Assembly: GCA_054600435.1 (NCBI GenBank)
Contig: BAAIJX010000082.1
Location: 1 to 64,000, forward strand
Length of the DNA: 64,000 bases
From: Neophaeotheca triangularis
Taxonomy: Eukaryota
Direction of reading: 5' to 3'
Below are positions 45,480-59,978 of the stretch, in pieces; the stretch's first letter is position 1; the number at the start of each line of letters is the position of its first letter. The position numbers and the translations under genes were made by a program. The notes beneath the pieces were generated by a model. The model worked only from the letters and a program-made list of their open reading frames with translations, made no database searches and had not been told where the DNA came from.

Positions 45480-46142
45480 GCTGGCGGTTGCGCACCTGTT
45501 GCGCTTTCAAACGGTGGAAGGGTGTAGGAAGAGTGATGTAGTGATTGGACTTCCAATTCGCATTCGGCAGCCTGGAGAGGATCGAAGAATGCTTGTGCGC
45601 GTGCGAGTGCGAGGTGATTGGCGTTGATAGTAGCGAGGTCAAGGTTGCCTGCCTGGCATGCTGTTCCGGACAAGACAAGACTAGAAGACTCCACTGACAC
45701 TACTGGCACGTCGTCCTGGTCCGCTCATCACCTGCAGGTGGTGGGGGCGGGCGAAACGTCACTTCCTCCAAACACCGCCCGGCTTCTGTGGCTGATTTCC
45801 AAGTAAATCCGTCTTGGCTTGTGGCGGTGCGAAGACGTATCTACCTTACTACAGTGCCAGCCGGAGCTCCATTGGAGACGTACAGGATATGGTGTGCGCC
45901 CACTTCACAGGAAAGAATTATCAAAGATGAATGAGAGGAACTCGGAGGTATGTCCGACACTCCACAGGAGAAAACATGCATTGCCTTTCTATAATCTGTA
46001 CTTCTCATCCATGCAAAAAGTATACGCTCATATCGACGACTGCAGGAAAAAGTACAACATGCCGCGTTCGCATCAATGTCCATCGTAACGCCCAGATAAT
46101 GCCGTAGCACTATCAGAATTCTATGTACTAACTCCCCCTTCT

Positions 46143-48001
<1,859 letters not shown>

Positions 48002-49706
48002 TGTAGGACTTAGAGGGGCGTAAGGCGGTGCGTTCCTGATAAGGGTCGTCTGGGTGCAGGCGAAAGTGTGGATGTGTAGGGGGGAAAGTGGTGGATGGAG
48101 GAACTTAGGAAGTCGTTGCTTAAAGTTTACCGCTCCTTTGATAGCCAGTAAGTAGTAGCTTAGACTCCACGCCGCCACTGCAGGGCAGGTTCGAAGCGAT
48201 ACCTACCTAATCTCAGGGTTCAGCGATTAGAGCCGCATTCGCTCGGTGACACTACTGACAGCCCGCCCGCTCCAGCGACCCGCCCTGTTTTTGTGAACCT
48301 TCTACGCTGAGGCACAGAGATACAACGACAATTATATCAGAGTGTGACACACGCACAACAATAGGCGGGTGAAACGCTTCAGATGAGTGTACAAGTACCG
48401 ACCTTACTTACGTATGCAGCCCCGCCTCCTGTCTGTGTGTCGGGTCTGTCTGCGCTGAAAGGCGATCTTCGCACCTGGATGTCTATTACCGCTTGACTAT
48501 CACCCTCTTATAGAGGGTACGATGAAGAAAAATCTCCCGGGCCACGCGGACTTTCAGGGCGGTTAGAGGGGCATCTGGATACCTAGGATCCGCAACGAGG
48601 ATACTAGTACGGCATCAACAACAACACCGACGACGACAGCGCTCAAGCGACGCCGCTGTCATGCATTTGTCCCTCTCAAGCCAAAGGAAACGCTCATCTT
48701 CAACGAGTCTTCTTCTGCAGCGCAACCATTAGTATCCACGGGTGTTTCTCGAGGAAGCTTCACAAGAAACGGCTGTCGTGTTTCAGGGACCGCTTCACCT
48801 CCATTCCAGGTGGTAAGGTAACCTTCGAAGCTACCTTACCTACAATAAGCCCTCAAAATCTACCTTTAGGACATGCAATTTTGGCAAACAACGGACGGGT
48901 GTAAATAATAAAAAAAAAGGCTCGGAACCATCTGGCTGGAGATGCTCAGCCTCAGCAATAAGGGTATGATGACTGTTGATAATTACTTTGCACCGTGTTC
49001 GTCAACTGAACACGGAACGACGAGTCTGATTGTTCTGTGCTCGTCTCACCATTATTATTCGAACAATAATTTGTGCACACGTGTCGCAGGCCATTGGTGA
49101 AGGTTTATTACTTCCCGGCTGTACCGTATGTTAGGTAGGTAGTGGTTGTAGAGAGTCGTGGTAATAATAATTACTATGGTACGGTACGCGTACTTGTGCA
49201 TCTAGTTAGCTCTCTCTCAACGTTCTTCTCCACTCTTTCCCCTGTCAAACTCAAGCAAGGGGCCGCACGAGGCGCAGTCAGGTAATCGGATTTTGCTGGA
49301 CGGGCAGCCGAGCGGGAAAGTCTATCTTGTAAGCTTGCTTGATTCTTGCACAACTACAGTAGTAACATCGTCGCAGTGCCTCGAACTTAGTACTCGCTCC
49401 TTCGACAAACCTCTCCTGCTTTCTTCGTTCCCGCATCCCTCCCTGTCCCTTTTCTCCAAAGAGAGTCGCGACAGTTAGGATACTACTAGTACCTACCTAG
49501 CTACTCATCCTCCTTCGACTTTGGCGTCTTGGCACCTCTGCTTCGCTCCATAGCGCCCTTCGCTTCGTCTCTCCTGCATCCCACCCTCCTTTCCTTGTTG
49601 AACTTCCACAGTCTTCAACCTCAGCTACCTAGCGTTCGACTCCCACGACCAGCCCCGGAGCCGCCTGGATACCATCACATAATACATCATCGACGCCGCC
49701 ACCGCA

Positions 49707-51189
49707 ATGAACGAAAAGGAAAGGCAATCAGGAGACCTCGAGAGGCAAGCAGGCCCAGAGGTTCCCGTCCTGCAGACACAGAACACCGAAACAGAGAAGC
49801 CACAACCACCGAAGGCATCTTCGTTGCATCCGGCCGTCTACATTGCGTGAGTTGCCGCAAGAGTTATGAAATCATCAGAGGTGGACAAGCAATTAATGGT
49901 AGAGGAACAGGACATGGATTGCGCTCAGCTCCAGCGTTATCTTGTTCAACAAATGGATCCTCTCTACACGGGAATTTTCCTTCCGTACGCTGCCAACCCC
50001 CTTGCTGGGCGATGAACCACTGGGTGCTAACCTGTCAATTAGCCATCTCTCTCACGACATGGCACTTGGGCTTTGCGACCATCATGACCCAGATCATGGC
50101 CCGATTCACTACGACCCTCGATTCCCGTAAATCCGTCCCCATGACAGGTCGCATCTACCTACGGGCTATCCTACCCATCGGTCTCATGTTCTCGCTTTCT
50201 TTGATTTGCGGAAACCTCACATACCTTTACCTTTCCGTCTCCTTTATCCAAATGCTCAAGGTAGGCGCACACCCGCTTGGCCTTGCACCCTCGCAGGCCG
50301 ATGTACTGACCGATTTTAGGCCACCACTCCGGTAGCAGTGCTTCTCGCGACCTGGGCAATGGGTGTTGCACCCCCCTCTATGAAGACTCTCGGCAACGTT
50401 GCTTTCATCGTTATAGGCGTTATGATCGCCTCCTTCGGCGAGATCAAGTTCGTGCTCACAGGCTTCCTTCTCCAGCTCGGAGGCATCGTCTTCGAAGCTA
50501 TCCGCCTCGTCATGGTGCAGCGACTTCTCAGCTCCTCTGAGTTCAAGATGGACCCGCTGGTTTCGCTATACTACTTCGCACCTGCATGCGCTATCATGAA
50601 CGGCTTGACGGCGCTCGTGTTTGAAGTGCCAAAGATGACCTTGGCCCACATCGCGAACGTCGGCTACTTTGTGCTGCTCTCCAACGCCGTTGTGGCCTTC
50701 CTGCTCAACGTCTCGGTTGTGTTCTTAGTAAGCTTTTATCATGTACTCACATCGATTTGACGCGCCGCTAACAGCATGTCACAGATCGGCAAGACCTCCT
50801 CCCTCGTCATGACCCTTTCTGGTGTTCTCAAGGACATCCTACTTGTCCTCGCTAGCATGCTCATCTTCCTCGACCCGGTCTCACCTCTCCAATTCTTCGG
50901 ATACAGCATTGCCCTCGGTGGTCTCATCTACTACAAGCTCGGCGGCGAGAAGATAAAGGAATACGCCGGACAAGGTCAGCGCGCATGGGCTGATTACGGT
51001 GCCCGTCGCCCAGCTGCAAGGAAAATGATCGTCTTCGGCTTGGTACTGTTTGTGCTCTTCTTGTTGATCGGTGGACTGGGTAGTACCGGCGCCCTGCCAA
51101 GTCAATACGACCCAAGCCAGTATGCTATGGGCAAGTTCCAGGAAATCACTGGCAAGCACTCAATCGGTGCCGAGGTGGGCAGTGCATGA
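49707..51189 (+). CDS. glfB: Nucleotide-sugar (TPT-family) transporter, probable UDP-galactofuranose transporter; exons 49707-49846, 49911-49984, 50043-50260, 50320-50727, 50785-51189
   Basis: LHPAVYIATWIALSSSVILFNKWIL, LTTWHL, YLYLSVSFIQMLKA, EAIRLVMVQ, MDPLVSLYYFAP, KTSSLVMTLSGVLKDIL. Divergent from glfA, matching the glfA/glfB linkage in Aspergillus. Confidence 0.9.
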
Positions 51190-51664
51190 AGGGAGAGAAC
51201 TATGAAATGGGCATTCATGATGGAGGGAAGGCCGAGTGTTGACGGGCTTTTGTGAAGCTACGTGGCACAGAAAGAGGAAAAGCTGTGTCGCAATACTAAC
51301 GGTCAAGCGACTGTTGCTTTTACCATCTCCTTGTGTGCGCGCGTGTGTTGTGTGCTGTTTCTTTAGCATCAGGATCGGGGGCGATATACCAAAGGCGGCG
51401 CTGATTGCGAAGGGTTCTTGTTAGGGGTTTCCTCAGGTCTAGGATCAGTCTATGTAACAACGAAGACATTGAAAATTTACTTGACCTCACCTCTAATTGC
51501 CAGTACAGCTGAATGTAGCATCTTGAGATTTGTCCAGCACGTGACATCGCGTCCACTTCGCGAAAGCTCGATGTGCAGCTCACATCAAAAAGCTTCAATG
51601 CTCTCTCTTCTGCCAGCGCTACTACACATCTCCTCTTCACCATCCCTCCGCCCTGGCAGCAACC

Positions 51665-53836
51665 ATGTCACGTCTTCAACCGGCCTACGACATCATCACC
51701 GGCGCCGAGCTGCCTCCAGCCTCGCACGCCGCAACCTCCGTCCGGGAACCATTGCGCGAAAGCCAATGGAAACGAACGACCACCAACGGCGCCAGCAGCA
51801 GCGGACACTCCTTTGCGGAAGAAGAACTTCGCGGCCAGCTCAACACACTGCAATACGAACTCGACGCGCTGAAACAAGAGCGCGACCTCCAAACCCACTC
51901 GCAGCAGCGCGAACTCCAGAACGCGCAAGCTCGCGCCGAAGCGGAAACAAAGCGCGCCTCTGCGGCTGTGCAGGAACGTGAGGCCGAGAAGGAGAAGGTC
52001 GAGAAGATTCGGCGGCAGTGGACGGAGAGCTCGGATCGGTTGGAGAACGAGAAGGGGGTTCTGGAGAAGAGATGTAGGGGTTTGGTGAACGATGCGAGGG
52101 GGTTGCGGGAGGAGTATGAGGAGGCGAGGGAGGAAGTGGAGAGTTTGCGCAGGAAGAGTGAGAGGGAGTATGGGGAGTTGGAGCGCAGGAATCGGGGGTT
52201 GGAAGCTGCAGTGGAGGAGGTTACAAGGGATGTGGAGGGCAAGGTCAACGCGTTGAGGTTGGCGCAGGAGAGGTTGAAGGTTGCCGAGGAGAGGGTTGAG
52301 GTGCTTGAGGGGGAGGTTGTGGGGTTGAGGGGAAGAGCAGGGGATGGGGATGCGTTGGAGGTTGTGAGGCGGGAGTTGGAGGGCGAGAAGGGGGAGGTGA
52401 GTAGATTGTATGAGGAGAGGAGGGGGCTGAAGAGGGATGTGGAAGTTCTTAGGGAGAGAGCGCAGGGAGCGGAGATGTTGAGGCAGGAGTGCGCGGAGTT
52501 GCGAGCGAGGGTTGAGGGGTTGGGTGAGGTGGAAATGGAGTTGAGTAATGTGGTTAGGCGGAAGCAGGCACTTGAGGATGAGCGGGCTGCTTGGGCTTCG
52601 TACATGGAAGAGGAGGGTGAAGGGCAGGCTATGAACTACGAGACTCCTGAGGAAATGGCGCGTGCTTTTGCGAAGGAGCGGATTGATAGGATCAATTTTG
52701 CTGCCAAGCTGGGTGCTGTGCAGCCGGAGCTGGAAAGCAGAGAGCAAGCCTTGCAAGAGCTGAGGCGTGAACAGGAGAGACTGATCTCTGAGCTTGAGGT
52801 GGCTAAGACTGCTGGAGTTGAGAGCACTACGGCCATTCCTGCACCCACAGTCGCCTTCGACGCCAAGGCAAAGACCCGGCTGGAAAAGCAGAAGAGGCTT
52901 GCTTTGAAAGAAGTCGAGCACCTCCGCCAGCAGATCAAGGAATTTGACATGGACGAAGAAGAGAAAGATGCCGCCCAACCCGAAGACGCAAAAGCGAAGC
53001 GTATCGCCGAGCTTGATGACCTTCTCGGCGAATACCGCGAGGAGCTGCAAAAGCTCCACAGCGACCTCTCACAGCTCGAGACACAACAGCCAGCTAACAT
53101 CAAAAAGCGTAGTCACGAGGAGGTCGAAGACCCAGAAGCAGACGAACAACGCGGCGAGCTGATCCGCCGAGCCCGCGCCCTGCAAACCGAGCTGGAAGCC
53201 GCGCAGCAACAAACTCAAACCCTCCAAACCGCCCTGGAAGCTAGCAATACCCAACTAGCCCAACTTCGCGAGAGCTCCAAAACCCGCATCCTCTCCCTCA
53301 AAGACAACCCCACCTCTCGCGCCGAAAGCGTGAAACTCGCAACCCTCACGACCCTGCGCGAAGAAAACGCCGCTTTGCTGGCCCAACTCGAAGGCAACCT
53401 GACCACCAAAGTCGTCCCCATCTCCACTCTCCAAGACTCTCAACACCAAACCGAAGCCGTACGTGGCGACCTCGCCACAGCAGAAAAGAAACTCCTCCGC
53501 CTCAAGCAAATCTACACTTCCAAATCCCTCGAGTTCCGCGAAGCCGTCGCTTCCGTCCTCGGTTGGAAACTGGATTTCCAACCCAATGGCCGCGTCAAAG
53601 CGACGAGTATTCTGTATCCTTCGCGCATTAATGCTGACGGTGAGGAGGAAGAGAACAGTATTGTTTTTGATGGCGAGAACGGGACTATGAAAGTTAGTGG
53701 GGGCGCCAGGAGTGAGTTTGCGCAGGAGATTCGGAGTAGTGTGGAGTTTTGGGTCGACGGGAGAGGGGAGGTGCCGTGCTTTCTTGCGGCTTTGACGTTG
53801 GAGTTTTATGAAAGGACTACTAGGGCTGTCGGGTAG
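51665..53836 (+). CDS. MAD1: Spindle assembly checkpoint protein Mad1
   Basis: Long coiled coil, Mad2-binding region TRILSLKDNP, RLK motif (KLLRLKQIY), EFREAVASVLGWKLDF, C-terminal PCFLAALTLE. Confidence 0.93.
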   Translation: MSRLQPAYDIITGAELPPASHAATSVREPLRESQWKRTTTNGASSSGHSFAEEELRGQLNTLQYELDALKQERDLQTHSQQRELQNAQARAEAETKRASAAVQEREAEKEKVEKIRRQWTESSDRLENEKGVLEKRCRGLVNDARGLREEYEEAREEVESLRRKSEREYGELERRNRGLEAAVEEVTRDVEGKVNALRLAQERLKVAEERVEVLEGEVVGLRGRAGDGDALEVVRRELEGEKGEVSRLYEERRGLKRDVEVLRERAQGAEMLRQECAELRARVEGLGEVEMELSNVVRRKQALEDERAAWASYMEEEGEGQAMNYETPEEMARAFAKERIDRINFAAKLGAVQPELESREQALQELRREQERLISELEVAKTAGVESTTAIPAPTVAFDAKAKTRLEKQKRLALKEVEHLRQQIKEFDMDEEEKDAAQPEDAKAKRIAELDDLLGEYREELQKLHSDLSQLETQQPANIKKRSHEEVEDPEADEQRGELIRRARALQTELEAAQQQTQTLQTALEASNTQLAQLRESSKTRILSLKDNPTSRAESVKLATLTTLREENAALLAQLEGNLTTKVVPISTLQDSQHQTEAVRGDLATAEKKLLRLKQIYTSKSLEFREAVASVLGWKLDFQPNGRVKATSILYPSRINADGEEEENSIVFDGENGTMKVSGGARSEFAQEIRSSVEFWVDGRGEVPCFLAALTLEFYERTTRAVG

Positions 53837-54035
53837 GTAAAGGGATGTTGAGGGTTGCTTTCAGGCTTTGACGGGACAACGGTGTGTTGGTATGGCGTTT
53901 AGGCTGTAAGAGGTGGTTTATAGGACGACACATGCATGGTCCCCGGCGCTGGCTGCGAAGCTGAAACAGCCAAGACCGTGTTCATCTTGGACTCCTGACC
54001 GGCTGTAGTAGCGACGCGACGATACTGCTCGCGAA

Positions 54036-54352
54036 CTAGATTACTTCACAAGGCTCGTCCTCCAACTTCACTTGCTCATCCTCAAGCTGACCCTCAGGCA
54101 AAGCAAGCGATTCCTTGCTATACATGTTAAAGTAAAATCCCACGAAGAGCCACAAGTAAGGAGTCAAAATCACGGCACCCGTCCACGCCGCCGCGTCAGT
54201 GCCTTCGCACGCTGGCACTTTCAATGCGTGCGGGAAATTGCTGTCGATGACGAAGCTGGCCACAGGTCAGCAAGTTGGCTCTCTATTTTCCACCGAGGCT
54301 CCTGCGGCGCGTACCAACATCCCATTGCGTAGATGAAGACGAGGTCTAGGAC
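54036..54352 (-). pseudogene. 3' remnant of a GNS1/SUR4 fatty-acid elongase (54352-54315, intron, 54255-54036)
   Basis: The spliced translation VLDLVFIYAMGCCFVIDSNFPHALKVPACEGTDAAAWTGAVILTPYLWLFVGFYFNMYSK matches the last two TM helices of ELO proteins. There is an in-frame stop just upstream and no HxxHH region. Confidence 0.65.
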
Positions 54353-55120
54353 GTTTGTGGGTCTTTGCTAGGACAGTACGGACACTGATCTTCCCTCTCT
54401 TGCCTAATGCAACGAACGCTAGGGGTGGTATCCCGACACCGCGTTGTCGCCAGCTCTCAAAGTCCCCCTATCACAAAAAAGAAGTGCCCAAGGCTGTGTT
54501 AGGCGAGTGGCTCACAGACGTCGTCTAGAGTTCGTCAGCTGCAGCGACGCCCTGGATCCCTTCTGTCATGGGGCAGTGGCAGACTCCCAGCGATCTGCAG
54601 CAACAGTGGCAATTTGCGGGTAATGTTTCGGTTTATTTAGCTTCTACGGAGGTCCACGCCAATACCATGGCGCCCGATGCCGCCATGCCACAATTTATGG
54701 GGGCTTCTTGGGAGAGGGTGAGGGTTGGGGTTGTTGAGTTGGCCTTGAGGCTTTTGGTGGAGAGGTTGCTTGTCGGGGCGGTGGTTGTTGTCGTTGGCTG
54801 GGTTTGGGCGGTTCCCTGGAGTGGAGCGTATGGGCCGGTGGCGGAGCGGTGAGGGGTGGGTGTGCTGCTTTGATTTGGTGGGAATTGTGTTCTGTCTATC
54901 TTCTTAGACTCTATGTATTTGTTTCTTTGAATAACAATGATACTGCTCGATCCGAGTACATTGGAGCTGCTTACTTCCTTCTTTACAGTGTTTGCAATTG
55001 TCTCGTCGAGTCAGGATCGCCGACAAAAGTACAAAGTCGGACGCGACCCATCGAGCACCGCAGAACAGCCCGGTCCGTGGCGAGCACGAAGGTGACAACA
55101 CGAGCATGACCGTGACCGAT

Positions 55121-56605
55121 TCACACTTCAGGCAACTCCAACAACTTCCCCGCCACAGGCATCCACTCTCCCTCCCACCTTCGCTCACATTCCCTCCCCG
55201 CCCCCTCCCTCAACCGCTTCAACTCCGCTCCATCTCCTTCGAAAAGCCTCTCCAATATCTCCGCCAACCTCTCCGCGCTCTCAAAACCAACCCCATTAAC
55301 CCCTTCCGTCACCAACTCAGGCCAAGCCTCAAAACCACTCCATCCCGCGACTGGCAAGCCCGTGCCAAACATATCTACGACCTTCATCGGCAAATCCACG
55401 CCTGATGAGGAAGTGTGGAGACTGATGCCCAAGTCGGCAGAACCTAGGAGCGAGGCGTAATCGGCTGCAGAGAGCCAGGCTGTGAGGATGGTGACGTTTT
55501 GGAGTTTCTGGCGCTTCTGTAGGCGCGCTATTATGGCTAGGTAGTGCGCTTGTTGGGGGCCCTTGCCTGTTATGATTGCGAGGATGGAGGGGAGGCGGGA
55601 GTTGGGGGTAGTGCTGGCTGCGGAGTATGTCACTAGCGCTTCCAGGAGGAGGGTGAAGTCTTCATCCGGGGTCCAGGAGGTTGAGGAGACGAGGAGGCGG
55701 GTTTGGTTTGCTAAGATGGAGGAGGCGAAGGGTGCGGTTGTCGGATTTGAGGTTAGGAAGGTTTGGCGTTGGGATGGGGTTATGGGTTGGAAGTGTAGAG
55801 GTGGCCGGTCATGGAGGGGAAGAGCTTGAACCTTCCATTTGGCTTCGAGAACGCGGCACATGGCGCGGGTGACGGCGAAGTGGGCTGTGGCATTTGAGAC
55901 GATGAAACCTTCGTACCATTTTGCTATGCGGGTTAAGGGGTGGGTTGGTCCTAGACGTAGGGCGAGGATGCTGTAGCCGAAATTGTGCCAGTCGATGATT
56001 AGGCGGGTACGGCGGAGGAAGCAGATCGCGCGGGCCACGGCGAGCGTGGGGATGCTGGGAGGGTTTTGGACAAGCATCCATTTGCTCGGGTGGGTTGCAT
56101 ATCCCAAAGCGTAGTAGAGGCTTGCGGTTTGCCAGAGGACTTTGAGGGGTGCAGTGAGGAGGAAAAGGAGTTTATTGGAGGTTTGGAGCTGGCTGGGGAA
56201 GGGTTTAATCGGGATGACAGTGATGAGGCGGCTGGCATTGATCGATGGGTGAATGTCTGATTCGACGTAGCCGATGAGTTGGACTATTCCACCATGTCTC
56301 GCGACGCTTAAAGCGTGGTACTGCATCCGGGGACTTCGTCCAATGTCGCCCAAGACTAGGATCTGGATGCTTGTTCCGGGCTTAAGGCTTCCATTCCCAT
56401 CCTTGTGTTGCTGGTACCACGCATATCCGGACTCATCTTGGTTGGCCTTGTCATGTTTCGTGAAGTCCTCTTCTTGGATGGTTGTGTCTTGGAAACTGCT
56501 ATAAGGTTTCGGCAGAGTAACGAGGAAGATGGTGAAGACAGTCGATATGAGAACGGCAATGGGTAAAAGAAACTCCAGAATAGCCTCATACCACGGGACA
56601 GGCAT
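55121..56605 (-). CDS. ALG1: Chitobiosyldiphosphodolichol beta-mannosyltransferase
   Basis: N-terminal TM, VLGDIGRSPRMQYHALS, LVQNPPSIP, IIDWHNFGY, LLVSSTSWTPDEDF, ITGKGP, LHTSSSGVDLPMKVVDMFG. Confidence 0.97.
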   Translation of the reverse strand: MPVPWYEAILEFLLPIAVLISTVFTIFLVTLPKPYSSFQDTTIQEEDFTKHDKANQDESGYAWYQQHKDGNGSLKPGTSIQILVLGDIGRSPRMQYHALSVARHGGIVQLIGYVESDIHPSINASRLITVIPIKPFPSQLQTSNKLLFLLTAPLKVLWQTASLYYALGYATHPSKWMLVQNPPSIPTLAVARAICFLRRTRLIIDWHNFGYSILALRLGPTHPLTRIAKWYEGFIVSNATAHFAVTRAMCRVLEAKWKVQALPLHDRPPLHFQPITPSQRQTFLTSNPTTAPFASSILANQTRLLVSSTSWTPDEDFTLLLEALVTYSAASTTPNSRLPSILAIITGKGPQQAHYLAIIARLQKRQKLQNVTILTAWLSAADYASLLGSADLGISLHTSSSGVDLPMKVVDMFGTGLPVAGWSGFEAWPELVTEGVNGVGFESAERLAEILERLFEGDGAELKRLREGAGRECERRWEGEWMPVAGKLLELPEV

Positions 56606-57121
56606 CTTTAGGCCGATGTGAGCTTGATGACGGCCGACGTTTGAGACAGTTACAAGTCACTTTGAACAGGAACACGTGACCTTATCATTCAGATGAAGTC
56701 GCTTTGTTGGGTATAAATTTAGAGATCTCAGCAGCACGTGAAGAAGACGGGATTCCGAGTGGGGGCCAAAGAAAGTTTGGAGTCTAACCGTGTCTACCGT
56801 ATGGACCCGCGTTTCATCAACCTTGCCGCGCCCCCTGACGAGATGAGACAAAGAACGGGATAATCCCGAATTAATCAACCACCACCAGAGTCTTTGACCG
56901 CACCAATGTCCATGCGGTTTCTTCATCTCTCCACCTACAACACCAACCACACACGTCAAATGAACCTGGAGAACCCAGCAACGTATCTCGCTTGAAGATC
57001 GTTCGTCCATCATACCGCTAGAAACGTTAAGCGTTTCCCTAAGACCCGATTCGGAATTCCCTCATGGACTAGTGACGACCACGTCGAAACCGGGGACAAA
57101 CAAACGGTAGCAACTGCGTCC

Positions 57122-59978
57122 ATGGCAACATACTCGGGCTACGCGCTTCCCACCTCCGGCGCTCCTCCAATCCGCAGTCATGGCCACAGTCGTTCATACC
57201 ATGGCGGCCACCTCTCGCCAGCCAAAGGAGGCTCGAACGGCAGCAACGGCAACGGCACCCTTCATACCGTCCTCGAGACCAGTCCGGTTCACTCGCCAGA
57301 CACCGAAGCGAACAGGCAGATTGGCGAGAACAACTTCGCGTTCAACGAGAACAAGAGGCTACACACACACTCGCACAGCCATCCGCCGCCAATGAAGAGT
57401 AGAGGTAGAGGGGAGTCGGATTTAGGAAGGCCGCCTGATCCTCGCGGCAATGCGTATGCGCCGCACTTGACTGCTGTACACAATGATCACGACCATGGAC
57501 ACGAGCATTCTCACGAATCGCGACGTATGTTCCCAGAACTCTTGACTGGGCTACTCATACCGCTTCCCTATATGCTTGCCTCGGCCGCCTTTCCAAGGAC
57601 GGATGTGTCGAAGACGGACGATTTGCAGGAAGACATACCTTTGGAAGAGGTGGAGCCGTCAGCCGTAGGTCAAGACAGAATATCTGCACTGGCTAGAGCA
57701 TGCACGTTGACCGCAGGAACTTTGCTGCTAGTCGGTGTCGCAGCCAAGATCAAACAATCTCAGAAAGTGCTGGATCGACGGAAGGATATAAGCTCGTTGC
57801 CACAGCAGGCGAGCGCGATGTTGACAGGGCCCACGTTGCAGGCCATGGCGATGAGAGTAGCTTCTGTAGGCCTGCCATTTTACTCCGCATTGGAGCTTGG
57901 AGGGTTGAGAGTGGGCCTCGCTCTGGTGACCGCAGTGACGTCGAACATTCTCTGCAGCGATAAGAGCCACGGGTCAGCTCTTCGCCAGTGGAAACAATTC
58001 CTGTCGTCTCGGAGAGGCACCCTGGCTGTACTAGTCAGTGGAATGCTCGCCGACTTCTCAGGCTTGACCACAGACGCGTCGTTGTCAACCCTCCTCGCCG
58101 GATACTTTGCTTTGAGTGGCACCATCTTTGTCCTGCAATACCCCCTGCCCAAACCTGCGGGATCGCGCTCTCATGAAAGAAGCTCGTCATCAGCTCCTTT
58201 AGCTGTCTCGTCCTTGGTGGCTACTAAAGGCGACACCAATATTACGCTGACTGCGGGTGCTGTCCTGAGCGTGCTCACTCTCATCGCCTCATTCGCACTT
58301 ACTGGAGATGCCATTTCCACTTCCAATATGGTATTCGCCATGATCTCCATCTCCCTAATGGCGACAACACTCTTCGTTTCCCGACCTACCACCTTACGCA
58401 GCCAAGGAAAAGCTGGCCTTGGTCTTGGCTGCCTCCTTTCCGCGAGCTGCGCATTTCTCTTCTCCCCTAATATTTGGCCGAGCACCATCATCAACGGTGG
58501 CCTTTCAGCATTGGTGTTTCTGGGTGTACTCTACGATACCACTTCTACGGGCAGACATACACATCACAGCCACGAGCACAACCACGACCATACACACCAT
58601 GTACATTCTCACGATCACGACCACAGCCATAAGCTTGACTTCAACAATACGATTGCCCACCTTCACGGTCCTAGACCTGTTCAGCCTGAGCATTCCATGT
58701 TTACACACTTGCTCATGATGAGATGTGAACCGGGTTCTTTGGTATCCGGTATCCTGAGCGATAAGGATTCGCGAAGAATCGCCTACTTTACCTGGTGAGT
58801 CTTGATCATGATTGTCGAAAAAGAAAGCTCCCTTGCTAACAATCGTCCAAAGCCTCAACTTCGGATTCATGCTTGTCCAAGGTGTTTACGGGTACCTTTC
58901 CGGCTCGCTCGGTCTACTGAGCGACACTGTACATATGTTCTTCGACTGCCTCGGCCTGGTCATTGGTTTAGGAGCGGCAGTGGCGAGTAAGTGGCCCACG
59001 AGCCCGGAGAAACCTTATGGATGGGGTAAGTTGAACACTCTTGCTGGTTTTGGCAATGGCATCTTCCTTATGCTCGTGAGCGTGGAGTTTGTCTGGGAGG
59101 CAATGGAGGGTATCATGGAGGGCAAGGAGTTGCGACGAGTGCAAGAGCTGCTTGTGGTTAGCACTCTTGGTTTACTCGTTAACATGGTTGGACTGTTCGC
59201 TTTTGGCCACGCACACCATGGACATGATCATGGCCATGGTCACGGGCATGACCACGGACATGGCCACGGACACGACCACGGGCAGGGCCATTGCGATGAT
59301 CACAGCCACTCGCATGGCCACGACCACAACCATTCCCATTCCAACGGACACGCCCACGGCGATCACTGCAATCACTCCCACGACCACAAAGCCACAACAT
59401 CTCACTCGCACGACGCCCACGCCCACGCCCACAACGAGAACATGCACGGCATCTACCTACACGTCGCAGCCGACGCCGGCGGCTCTCTCGCTGTCATCAT
59501 CAGCACGGCCCTAACCCTCTGGAAACCATGGTACCTCTGGGACCCATTAGCGACGATCCTAATCGCAGCCCTGATCTTCGTGGCGGCCGTGCCATTGGTC
59601 ACATCGTCTGGTCAGAAACTCCTGCTCGTGATCCCCGACAAATACGAGTACGGGATGAAGAACGCCCTCCAAGAAATCGCCGAAATCCGCGGGATAGTGG
59701 GCTACGCGGTTCCACGGTTTTGGATCGATGATAAAGATGCCGGGGGCGGTGGTGGACACCATCATCACCACCATGGGCACGATCACGGCGAGGAGGCGGG
59801 TGCTGTGCAGGTTATCTTGGGGGTCATTCACATTATTGCCGGGCAGGCGGCGGATTTGGAGGATGTGAGGCGCAGGGTTGAAGACTTTGTGCGGGAAAGG
59901 GGGATGGATGTTGTGGTGCATGTTGAGCATGAGGGCGAAGGGTGCTGGTGTGATGGGGGCAAGGGGAGGTCTTTTTAG
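57122..59978 (+). CDS. Cation diffusion facilitator zinc transporter (Msc2/Cis4/ZnT5-like), His-rich; exons 57122-58794, 58853-59978
   Basis: Extended N-terminal TM region, then DSRRIAYF|LNFGFM.VQ.VYG..SGSLGLLSDTVHMFFDC, YGWGKL.TLAGF.NG, a His-rich loop and NMHGIYLHVAADAGGS. Confidence 0.92.

Noticed and set aside
51668..53059. 463-aa and 306-aa antisense ORFs over MAD1
   Set aside because: Leu/Pro/Ser-rich shadows of the biased coiled-coil codons, with no independent signal.
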